DNA of 64,000 bases from Candidatus Obscuribacterales bacterium (lineage in GTDB: Bacteria; Cyanobacteriota; Vampirovibrionia; Obscuribacterales; Obscuribacteraceae): the NCBI GenBank assembly GCA_965228855.1, contig CBDDIJ010000002.1:64001-128000 (forward strand), given 5' to 3'. The notes beneath the pieces are model-generated. The model made no database searches. It worked only from the letters and a program-made list of their open reading frames with translations, and had not been told where the DNA came from. Both the position numbers and the translations under genes were made by a program. This document shows positions 20,541-29,773 of the stretch, piece by piece. Every line of letters starts with the position of its first letter. The stretch's first letter is position 1.

Positions 20541-20984
20541 TTAGCGAACGACGCGCAGCTGACCCATCTGGTCCGTGTACACGTAGCCGCCGTAGCGGTA
20601 GTCGTAGTAGGCGGTCACCAGGCGGTAGCGGCCGGTTTCGCAGGGGCGACCCCAGCGATCGAAGACGACTTCGGGCACGCGCACGGTGATGGCTTCCGAA
20701 CCACCGCAGCCGGTGTTGCAGCGGTCACGGTAGACGGGCGCCGGCGTGTAAACGCGCGGGTAGTCGTAGCGACGGTTGTCGTAGCCGCGGCGATCCCAGC
20801 CACGATTGTCCCAGCGACGGTTGTCCCAGCCGCGGTTGTTCCAGCCGCCGTGATGGTGACCGGAGTAGATCGACAGCCCGCTGCGGCCATCGCCGATGCG
20901 GATGGAGAGACTCTGTGCCTGAGCCGTGCCGCCGACGAAAAGAGCCGCCGCGAGGACGGACAGAACGATTGCGAACTTTCTCAT
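20541..20984 (-). CDS. Secreted Gly/Arg/Tyr-rich hypothetical protein with (W/Y)DNRR repeats
   Basis: Signal peptide ending AQA; high GC3; downstream hairpin near 20482-20510. Confidence 0.75.
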   Translation of the reverse strand: MRKFAIVLSVLAAALFVGGTAQAQSLSIRIGDGRSGLSIYSGHHHGGWNNRGWDNRRWDNRGWDRRGYDNRRYDYPRVYTPAPVYRDRCNTGCGGSEAITVRVPEVVFDRWGRPCETGRYRLVTAYYDYRYGGYVYTDQMGQLRVVR

Positions 20985-21502
20985 GGTATTTGTCCTTTGT
21001 GAGGCGTCCGCCTGAGAGGTTGTCACCGAACACACGTTCAGTTTCCGAACCAAACAAGGAGACGCCTGTGGTGATACAGGCTGTTTGTGCCAGACAGCGC
21101 CAGTGCCTGTGATGACTGGTGCTGTTTCCAAAACAGAAAGCCTGCCTCTCTAGAACCCGGTCTCGACCCGCTGCTCAAAATTCAGTGTAGAAGTCCTGAA
21201 AAAGCACAACGGATATGGGTTTTTGAAAAGCCTACTTACAGTGGAGCGCGAGAAAAAATAGTGATATGACGGTAGCAAAGGCGAAACCTGGTAAGCAATC
21301 AGGAATAAGCAATATTGAGCGGTTTCATGTGCAAACTACGAAGAAAAACCTTTGAGATATCACCTCTTTACAATTAGCAGACAGAAAAACATATCTAGTA
21401 ATTTCATGACGTATAGACAGGAGAATAGTAAACTCCAGAGGTCGCATTCGGCAGGCGTCTGCGCAGCCGACGAGGCGGCGTGCTCGTGTTGGGAGGTTCA
21501 CC

Positions 21503-22750
21503 GTGTCAGAAAACAAGGCAAACAGAAGAGCCATCGTTATGGTTATCGACGGCTGCGGTATAGGCGCTGCGCCGGACCATGAGGCGTTTGGCGACCTGTC
21601 GAACTGCCATACGCTAGCTAACGTAGCTCGCGAAACTGGCGGTCTCACCCTGCCAAACCTTGCGCGACTGGGTCTCGGACAAATTTCCCCCATAGAAGGC
21701 GTCGACAAGTCGGCGACGAAGCTCGGGCTCTTCGGCAAGCTTGAAGAGGTTTCCAACGGAAAGGACACTCAGACCGGACACTGGGAGATGATGGGAGTCG
21801 TCAGCGAGACCGCGTTTCCGATGTACCCGAACGGTTTCCCAAAAGAAGTTATCGATGAATATTGCGAGTTGACCGGAGTTTCCGGCGTACTCTGCAACAA
21901 GCCGGCGTCCGGCACCACCGTTCTGGAAGAACTCGGCGAAGAACACCAGCGCACTGGACTGCCGATCGTCTACACATCAGGCGACAGCGTTTTCCAAATC
22001 GCGACCCACGTCGACACCGTGCCGCTACCTAAACTGTACGAATGGTGCGAAACCGCTCGCAAACTCCTCGACGGTCCTCACCGCGTCGGTCGGGTGATCG
22101 CCAGACCGTTCACCGGCACTCCCGGCGCCTACAAACGACTGTCGGGCGACCGCCGCGACTACGCTGTTCCACCACCGCGCAAAACCTTCCTGGACGTTCT
22201 CAAAGACGAAAAGCGCGGCGTGTTCGGCGTCGGCAAAATCGAGGACATCTTTGTCGGTCACGGTCTCAGCCACGCCAAACACACCGGCAGCAACAAAGAA
22301 GGTCTGCAAATCACGCTCGACACGATAGCGAATCAATACGCCCTCAAAGACTGCCGCATCGGCGGAGCTCAGGACGACAAACTCTCGATGATCTTCACGA
22401 ACCTCGTCGATACCGACTCGCTTTACGGTCACAGGCGCGACCCCAAAGGTTATGCCAAGGCACTCGTCGAGATAGACGAATGGCTCGGCAAAATCCTTGC
22501 GGCGATGCAGCCCGAAGATTTGCTGCTCATCTCGAGCGACCACGGCAACGATCCGACCGCCAGAGGCACGGACCACACTCGCGAGTTCGTTCCGATCCTG
22601 GCTTACAGCCCGAGTTTCGAGAAGCAAGCGGTTGACGTCGGCATCAGAAACGGTTTCGCGGATGTCGCAGCAAGTCTTGGAGACTGGCTGGGCGCGGACT
22701 GGAAGGGACCAGGCGTCTCATTTGTTTCCAAACAGCAAGTCGCATCTTAG
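21503..22750 (+). CDS. deoB: Phosphopentomutase
   Basis: VIDGCGIG, GKDTQTGHWEM, IVYTSGDSVFQ, RVIARPF, YGHRRD, DHGNDPT, TDHTRE. Confidence 0.97.
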   Translation: MSENKANRRAIVMVIDGCGIGAAPDHEAFGDLSNCHTLANVARETGGLTLPNLARLGLGQISPIEGVDKSATKLGLFGKLEEVSNGKDTQTGHWEMMGVVSETAFPMYPNGFPKEVIDEYCELTGVSGVLCNKPASGTTVLEELGEEHQRTGLPIVYTSGDSVFQIATHVDTVPLPKLYEWCETARKLLDGPHRVGRVIARPFTGTPGAYKRLSGDRRDYAVPPPRKTFLDVLKDEKRGVFGVGKIEDIFVGHGLSHAKHTGSNKEGLQITLDTIANQYALKDCRIGGAQDDKLSMIFTNLVDTDSLYGHRRDPKGYAKALVEIDEWLGKILAAMQPEDLLLISSDHGNDPTARGTDHTREFVPILAYSPSFEKQAVDVGIRNGFADVAASLGDWLGADWKGPGVSFVSKQQVAS

Positions 22751-22832
22751 AATCGAAACCGTTTCGAGTTAACGCCTGAAAGCGTCGCCGCATTGCCACT
22801 CATAGATCACAATTTTAGAAAAGGAAGTACTC

Positions 22833-23378
22833 ATGCCCTCTCTGAAAAATGCCACCAAGATCGACTTCACATCAAGCCTTGACGGTTTCAATCATGCCAA
22901 ACAGTTTGACCAGAGCGTTATCGATTTGATTCGCGCAAACAAGGACAAGAAAATGGTTGTGATTGTCGATAGCGGGCATGAGCTCCCCTCTGATACACCA
23001 CATGTGGTATCGGATCATTTAAACCTGACCGGTACGAATCCGCTAATAGGACCTACTTACGAGGGCGGTCCGCGCTTTCCCGTGATCAACGACGTTTACG
23101 TCAAAGTGATCGATACACTCGACCCGAAGAAAACAATGCCACTCAACAATCCTTTGGGCAGCCTGCCTTCGGGAATCGTGGCCGGTTTGAAAGAGGGAGT
23201 GGTTCCGACCGCGGAGGACATCGAAGCGATGCGCGAGATGGGCGCAGAGTTCTACTGTTACAACCTCGTACCGGCGATGCTGGTGGCTGGTCAAATCGGT
23301 TTAAAAGTTCTGGGTATCGTCGTTCCGGCAGGTCAGAAGCTGGATAAAGACACGGCCAAATCGCTCAAAGGAGAGTAG
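22833..23378 (+). CDS. Truncated/degenerate purine nucleoside phosphorylase-like protein
   Basis: SDHLNLTGTNPLIGP..GPRFP motif; lacks GSG, GRFHxYEG, YET and GMST. Confidence 0.7.
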   Translation: MPSLKNATKIDFTSSLDGFNHAKQFDQSVIDLIRANKDKKMVVIVDSGHELPSDTPHVVSDHLNLTGTNPLIGPTYEGGPRFPVINDVYVKVIDTLDPKKTMPLNNPLGSLPSGIVAGLKEGVVPTAEDIEAMREMGAEFYCYNLVPAMLVAGQIGLKVLGIVVPAGQKLDKDTAKSLKGE

Positions 23379-23383
23379 TTGAG

Positions 23384-24211
23384 ATGCACGACACTTTGGT
23401 TAAACCAGTCGATTCAATCGTGGAATTTCTGTCGAAAGCCGGTCCAAAACCGGACTTCGCGGTCGTGCTCGGCTCGGGCGTTCAGGTCCTCGATCAGTTG
23501 CACAATTCGCGGTCGTACATGTACAAGGAGGTCTTCGGCATCGGACCGAGCGTTGAGGGTCACACCGGCTCGCTTACCATCGGTCAGTTGAGTGCCGAGC
23601 CATCGCCTGTGGTGGCAATCTTTCGCGGACGGTTTCACCTCTATGAGGGTCACGATTGGTCCGTAGTCACACTCCCCACACAGGTTGTTACCACGTGGGG
23701 GATTCCGAAGTTGCTTTTGACGAATGCGGCAGGGGGGCTGAACAAAAGCTTCTCGGTGGGCGACTTGATGGTAGTGACTCACTACCGCGACCATCTCAAT
23801 CCTAAGCTCAAAGCCGAGCGCGGTCTTCTGGACCAGCTCAGGATGCAACCGGAATCGTGCGAAAACGGTTTTTCAAAACAGATACAGCAAGTGGGCAAAC
23901 GTCTGGAAAGCGACGGGCTTCGACCGTTGCAAGCCGGAACTTATGCGGCTTTACTCGGTCCAAGCTACGAAACACTGGCTGAGATTGAGATGCTCAGACG
24001 CATGAAAGCCGATGCCGTGGGGATGTCGACGGTTCCCGAGCTGCTCACAGCCAGAGGCACCGGCACCGAGGCGGCGGCGATTTCCGTCATAACGAACGTT
24101 TGGAACGACCAGCCCATGGGTGGTCACGAAGAGGTTCTCGAAGCTTCGCGCGAGGCATCGCAGCGCCTGAATACGCTGCTGAAGCATTTGGTCAACGAAA
24201 CTTCATCGTGA
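23384..24211 (+). CDS. punA: Purine nucleoside phosphorylase (trimeric type)
   Basis: VLGSG, GRFHLYEG, TNAAGG, GPSYET, DAVGMSTVPE, ISVITN. Confidence 0.95.
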   Translation: MHDTLVKPVDSIVEFLSKAGPKPDFAVVLGSGVQVLDQLHNSRSYMYKEVFGIGPSVEGHTGSLTIGQLSAEPSPVVAIFRGRFHLYEGHDWSVVTLPTQVVTTWGIPKLLLTNAAGGLNKSFSVGDLMVVTHYRDHLNPKLKAERGLLDQLRMQPESCENGFSKQIQQVGKRLESDGLRPLQAGTYAALLGPSYETLAEIEMLRRMKADAVGMSTVPELLTARGTGTEAAAISVITNVWNDQPMGGHEEVLEASREASQRLNTLLKHLVNETSS

Positions 24212-24595
24212 CAACATATTGCTTTTGCTTTACGGTGATCGACTCTTAATCACCAGCGATCGAAGCGTAAAAGTCAGCTCTAGCGTGCGTTTCCAGAAAG
24301 AAATGCAAACCCTCGCGCAAGCACGCTAGCGGACTTGCTCGCATAAGAAGAAATATTCGTATTAAAAGCTCGCACGCGCTGCTTATTTTTAGGGCGCTTA
24401 CTGCCGCCCTTCACTGCGAAAACTTTCACTGCCGAAACTCCTCTCAACGACCAACCAACAAATAAGAAACTTCGGTTCTGCATGCGTGTTTGTGCAGTTC
24501 TCGGAGAGCGGAATTCGAACAACTGTCGCTGAAGGGCATCGCCAACAGGGGTCGCGCATCAGTGCGAGCCTTAACCAAATTTACGAGGAGTACCA

Positions 24596-25180
24596 ATGAT
24601 CCACGCCACAATTCTGACCGGCAAAGACCGTCAAAAAGCGGAAACTTTCATTCGGGGCACCAAGCACGTCGTGTGCCTGTCCGACATCGTCGGGTCAGTG
24701 CTCACCGTCTCTGTTTCCCGGTCTGCGTACATGCAGGTCAAGATTGACGAGGAAGACATTCTGGGCGTCGAGGTGAAACCCGACACCCGCGATTTCGACC
24801 TCGCCCAGCTTCTGACTCGTCCGAAGAAGCCGGCGCCTCGCCGCTCGCTCTTCCAGTCGCTGCGCCGTGCCGAACCGGAGGAGAACGAGGGTCCCGCCCG
24901 TCAGTTCACTCTGATGTTCCGCGACGGCAGCCCGACTGCCCGCATCGTTGCGACTTACGAGTTCCAGCTGCTCGAAGCGCATACGTTCACCTCCCAGTAC
25001 AGCTCCCACTTCGACCTGGTCGAAGGCACCACCAAGCCGGCCCGCTTCACCACCGACGCTCGCAACGTCGCGACGGCGCGGGACTGCTGGCATTGCGGTG
25101 CAGCTGTGAAACCGGGCACCACCTGCCGCAACTGCGGCAACTACCAGCCCGCCGTGGAAGAGCACGCCGAAGACGAGTAA
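24596..25180 (+). CDS. Hypothetical protein with C-terminal zinc ribbon
   Basis: GAGGAG RBS; CWHC...CRNC. Confidence 0.75.
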   Translation: MIHATILTGKDRQKAETFIRGTKHVVCLSDIVGSVLTVSVSRSAYMQVKIDEEDILGVEVKPDTRDFDLAQLLTRPKKPAPRRSLFQSLRRAEPEENEGPARQFTLMFRDGSPTARIVATYEFQLLEAHTFTSQYSSHFDLVEGTTKPARFTTDARNVATARDCWHCGAAVKPGTTCRNCGNYQPAVEEHAEDE

Positions 25181-25310
25181 CGCAGTTTCTTTCGGGTGGA
25201 TGCGGCTCCGACACTCACTCTAGAGTCCTGCTCACGAGGTGGTTCTCTCGAGGGTGAGTTGCTGTCCGCATCCACCGATAAATCTAATAACCGAAAGGTA
25301 ACAGCCAAGT

Positions 25311-26237
25311 ATGAACGTGCTCCTGATAGCACCTCGTCGCGAACGTTTCCTGCCCGTCTTCCGCACCATCAAAGCGAAGCTGGGACGCGACAAGCTCACG
25401 TGGTTTTCCGGCGCCGCATCCGACCTGAAGAAGAGCCTCGCCGACGGCAAGGTCTTTCTCAATCGCGTCAACGTGCGCGCCGGGACCGACAGTGATGCCG
25501 AACAGGTCTCGTTCGCCGACTACGACTTAGCCTTTGTCGACCAATCGCTCGACCCGGAAGCCCCGACCATGCTCGACTTCGCAGGCACCGCCCGCGGAAC
25601 CGAACTGGTCGAGGCGTTGACCCGGGCAGGTGTGGTCGTCATCGGCATCAGCCGCGATGGCGCATGCAATGACGTGCTGGCTGACGCCGGCGCAGTCATG
25701 ACGCTCGCTCACGAGGACGCCGAAAAGCGCCTCACATCGATGCTCTACGAAGCTCGCCGCATGGTGCGGGACAACACCGCGAACCCGGGCGAACTTCTCG
25801 CGCTCACGCTTCGACAGCCGTGGGCCGCATCGGTGTTCATCGGCGGAAAGGACGTGGAAAACCGCGTCTGGCCCGCTCGCGTGCGTGGCACCATCGCCAT
25901 CCATGTGGCAAAAGATCAACCCCGCGGGTCCTTCGACAACGGCGCACGGCTCGTGCGTCAGGTGTTGAAGAAGACCGGTTACGACCGCGTCGTCATCCCC
26001 GCACAGGACAAGCTGCCGAAGGGCGCGATCATCGGTCTGGTCGACATCGTCGACTGCGTCGATTCGTCGTCGTCCGCCTGGTTCGAGGGCCCCCTCGGGT
26101 TCAAGCTCGCCAACCCGCGCGTTCTGCCGACACCCATCCCGGTGTCCGGCAAACGCCGCTTCTGGCGCGTGCCCAAGACCATCGTCACCAAGATCCGCAG
26201 GCAGCTCATGGAGGCCGGTCAACCCGTTAGCTTCTAG
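25311..26237 (+). CDS. Receiver-like domain fused to ASCH domain
   Basis: YDLAFVD...GTELVEAL..VVVIGIS; ALTLRQPWA..IGGKDVENR.W...RG.IAIH. Confidence 0.8.
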   Translation: MNVLLIAPRRERFLPVFRTIKAKLGRDKLTWFSGAASDLKKSLADGKVFLNRVNVRAGTDSDAEQVSFADYDLAFVDQSLDPEAPTMLDFAGTARGTELVEALTRAGVVVIGISRDGACNDVLADAGAVMTLAHEDAEKRLTSMLYEARRMVRDNTANPGELLALTLRQPWAASVFIGGKDVENRVWPARVRGTIAIHVAKDQPRGSFDNGARLVRQVLKKTGYDRVVIPAQDKLPKGAIIGLVDIVDCVDSSSSAWFEGPLGFKLANPRVLPTPIPVSGKRRFWRVPKTIVTKIRRQLMEAGQPVSF

Positions 26238-26280
26238 TCAGTGGTAGTAGGCACGCTGACGACGAAGTAGACTGACCTCC

Positions 26281-26322
26281 GGCGAGAGACGAGACCCCAC
26301 AAGGGTTTCGCCTCTCGCATTG
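26281..26322 (+). terminator. Probable terminator
   Basis: gcgagag.cgagaccc/gggtttcgcctctcgc stem. Confidence 0.55.
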
Positions 26323-26330
26323 TCTGATTT

Positions 26331-26535
26331 TACTACTATAGAATCTAGGATTCACCATTCCTCGAAAGCCTCTCGCATCGAGCTTCTCAGCGATCTACTA
26401 CTATATAATTTAGGAGTTATCATCCCTCAAAAGCCTCTCGCATCGACATTCTTGGGATTTCAGCCATTTCACTAGCCCGATTTTGGCTATCTGGCAATGA
26501 CGCTTTTCCCAAATTCCGTCATTCTGAGAGCGACA
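26331..26535. repeat. CTACTATA/palindrome element with a ~66-bp duplication
   Basis: tactactata...aaagcctctcgcatcga x2; palindrome ttggctat...aatgacgcttttcccaaattccgtcatt at 26483. Confidence 0.8.
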
Positions 26536-27113
26536 GCGATTCGCAGCGACAGTCCGCTTCGCGGTTCAGCATAGCGACGGGAGACACCGCCTGGATGAAG
26601 ACACCTCCAACTTCACCCCCCCTCTCGCGCTAACTGACACTAGAGATCTTGAGCGGTTTTTCTTTCATAAAAAAACCAAAATCGCCTGTCGCAACTCTAA
26701 AATCCAACAGCTACGATCTTTCAAGCTTCGCATGAAGAGCCAGCTTCACGCAACTCGACATTCACAGATTAGCTCCATACTATCTTTCGCGAGCGCATAA
26801 ATCGTCGCTAACCCCTGCCGAAACCTATTGAGCAGCTTGGGTTTCAAACCGTAGGGTTTAGACGCTTATCTCTTAAAAACTCAGAGTTTTAAAACTTAGA
26901 ACAGAACGTTAAATACCCCGAACTCTCTTATTACCTGGAGCCCCGCAGGCTCTCGCAGTTCACAGCGGTAAACCATTGCATTGCGTGTCAACGACGTCAA
27001 AACGTCGCGCGACGCAGCGTTCACCTGACGATTCATCCGGGCTCACCAAGCTGTTTGGCGAAGTGAGTCACTTTCACTAACTCGTGCGTGTCAAACGCTA
27101 GAAGGAGGGCAAA

Positions 27114-28958
27114 ATGGCCCATGTTATTCTCAGTTCGGCGCTGCCGGACAAAGTTTTGCTCGCGTCCCTTGCCCACTCAGGTTGGTTTTGGACGTTGTTC
27201 GCAGGCTCTGTGCTCGCCTGCATCGCTGTCTATCTGATTCTCTGCACAAGTCGAGGCGTCTGCCCGTTTCCTCACGGACGCAAGAAGAAAGCCGTCACGC
27301 ACGCGAAAGAGCCGCTTTCCATCAGCCGGTCCACTGACAGAGCACGTTCGGCACCCAACACGACGAACGCCGAGACCGCTCCAATGAGCACCATGGACGG
27401 GACGGTGAGCCTGACGGACAAAGACGAGACGGAAACCTCGCTCGCATCCGGTGTCGCTGCATCAGTCCCGACGCAGCAATCGGTTCCGCTTGCAGCTTCC
27501 GACCCGATTCGCCAACCGCTCCTCAACGACTTGCAAGGAAACATTCTGAGCGGTCACGGTCGAGACCACGCGGTTCACCTGTTCATCAGCTTCTCCACCG
27601 ACGCTGAAACCGCTCGCGCCTGGTTGCGGAAAACGGCCGAGACCTACGTGGTATCAGCTGCGGTGCAACAGGCACGATCAAGGGCATTCAAACTGCAGAA
27701 GACAGACGGCGGCATCTTCGGTCACATCTCACTGTCTGCAGCGGGCTACACTGCGCTCGGATTTACTCCGGCGCAATTTCCGCAGGCGGTGAATCCACAA
27801 CGTCGCACCACACATGGTGGCTACAGCGACGTTTTTGCAGCGGGCATGAAGTCCCGTCAGCGCTACCTGCTGGACCCGGCTGTCTCGAATTGGGACGAGG
27901 GCTTCCGCACCGAAATCCACGCACTCGTCATTCTCGCCGGTGACAACGCGGACAGCGTCCAATCTGCAGCCAGCACTCTCACCGCCTCACTCACCAATAC
28001 CACCGGCGACACCATCGGCAAGGTTGTCGCTCGCGAGAACGGCACAGGGCTGACACGCCAGCTCGACAAAAACAATCCCGGCTCTGTCGCTCACGTCGAA
28101 CACTTCGGTTACGTAGACGGTCGCAGTCAGCCACTCTTCCTCGAAGAGCAATTAGAGGCGGAGAAGCGCGCCGGTGGAATCTCCACCTGGGACCCTAGCG
28201 CGCCGCTCTCCCTTGTCCTTACCAGAGACCCGCTCGGCAAGAGCGATACCAGCTTCGGCAGCTTCCTGGTTTTCCGCAAACTGGAACAGAACGTGCGCGG
28301 ATGGAACCGCGCCGTTTCAGCTCTGGCTGCGGAACTTGGCGTGGACGATGAACTCGCCGGTGCGATGGCGATGGGTCGCTTCAAAGACGGCACTCCGGTG
28401 GTCGAACAAGGCACATCGGGTCGCACGGATGTGCATAACGACTTCGACTTCTCTGGCGACAAAACTGGCCGGCGCTGTCCGTTTCAGGCGCACATCCGCA
28501 AGGCAAACCCGCGCGGAGAAGCCGTCGGCGAAGGCGATCTCACGCTGGAAGCAGAGCGCGGTCATCGCATAGTGCGCCGTGGCATCCCGTATGGCGGCGA
28601 CCTTACCACTTCTGCCAACGCGGCAGACCAGCCGGAAGGTGGCGTCGGCTTGCTGTTCTTCTGTTACCAGGGCGACATCTGGGAACAGTTCGAGTTCATC
28701 CAACGCCGCTGGTGCAATAACCCGTACTTCCTGGAACCCCAGAAGTCGAAGGCACCAGGCTACGACGCCACCGGTCTCGACCCCGTCATCGGTCAGGCTC
28801 ACCCGACCAGCCCGAACCCGGCAAAACCGGCAGCAAACTGGCCCAAAGGCTGGGACAGCGAACCGGCGAAAGTTCAGGAGCAACTCGCAAACTTCGTCAC
28901 CATGAAGGGCGGAGAATACTTCTTCTCGCCCAGCATGAGCTTCTTGCTCAATTTATGA
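27114..28958 (+). CDS. Dye-decolorizing (DyP-type) peroxidase with N-terminal membrane anchor
   Basis: LQGNIL, EHFGYVDGRSQP (GxxDG), CPFQAHIRKANPR, IVRRGIPYG, QFEFIQ. Confidence 0.92.
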   Translation: MAHVILSSALPDKVLLASLAHSGWFWTLFAGSVLACIAVYLILCTSRGVCPFPHGRKKKAVTHAKEPLSISRSTDRARSAPNTTNAETAPMSTMDGTVSLTDKDETETSLASGVAASVPTQQSVPLAASDPIRQPLLNDLQGNILSGHGRDHAVHLFISFSTDAETARAWLRKTAETYVVSAAVQQARSRAFKLQKTDGGIFGHISLSAAGYTALGFTPAQFPQAVNPQRRTTHGGYSDVFAAGMKSRQRYLLDPAVSNWDEGFRTEIHALVILAGDNADSVQSAASTLTASLTNTTGDTIGKVVARENGTGLTRQLDKNNPGSVAHVEHFGYVDGRSQPLFLEEQLEAEKRAGGISTWDPSAPLSLVLTRDPLGKSDTSFGSFLVFRKLEQNVRGWNRAVSALAAELGVDDELAGAMAMGRFKDGTPVVEQGTSGRTDVHNDFDFSGDKTGRRCPFQAHIRKANPRGEAVGEGDLTLEAERGHRIVRRGIPYGGDLTTSANAADQPEGGVGLLFFCYQGDIWEQFEFIQRRWCNNPYFLEPQKSKAPGYDATGLDPVIGQAHPTSPNPAKPAANWPKGWDSEPAKVQEQLANFVTMKGGEYFFSPSMSFLLNL

Positions 28959-29773
28959 CATGCACGCGGCTTGAGACAGCACCGCCTACGGTGGCGAAGC
29001 GAGTAAGCCACTCACGAGTGGCTAGTTGAACCATTACTAACTTTGGTCACCAGGTCGTGGCGCCAGGACATGCTGGAGACCGGCAAGCACTCGCTCGGCT
29101 CATTGCATCAACATTCGCGCTGGGTCATCTTGCTGGCTCTAAAGCGTCGGCTCGCGGTGTCGGCTCACAGCATTGGCTCGCACGACTGTCTAAACAAAAG
29201 GCGCAGAAGCAGCTCGTTCCCAAACGACTGCTTCTGCCGCTTTTTGTCATTTCAGCTAGAGCTGTTTGCGGAACAGAGCCTTTTCGGCGCTCTTAATTTG
29301 GTTCGCACATCATTAAGACGAGCTTTCGAGACACCCTAACCCTGAAGGCCGGACCATCTTGGTGCGAATTTATATAAATTGCGCTAGCCCCGCGAGCCGA
29401 TACTCAGCTGTCCTTCGTAATACAAGGACGCTAAAAGCCGCCAGTCAGACAAGCGGATTCGCCGGAACAACTTAGCCTGCGGGGCTTCAAGCATTTGTAA
29501 AGAGGACGCGGACCATAAATAGAATTGCGCCCACCGCGACTGCTAGCAAAAGTAGTCACTTGGCATTTCTCCTCTCTCGAGTCCGGCAACAACTTTCACC
29601 AGCACCACCGCTCGAAAAACCAAACCATCCGCCTCTAGCAACCGCTATGAGGGGAGATATTGCCATGCCGTGATACCGCAGCGATGCGAAATCACACAAC
29701 TGTCCTGGCGAGCTTGTGACGAGGCTCGTCGACTCTGCAGAAACTGCAACTTCACAAAACGGAAGGTACATCT

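Noticed and set aside
21277..21312. aaaggcgaaacc... resembling a c-di-GMP-I riboswitch (also taaaccattgca near 26969)
   Set aside because: The GNRA loop, GACGCAAAGC and second stem are absent, so these are only short chance matches.
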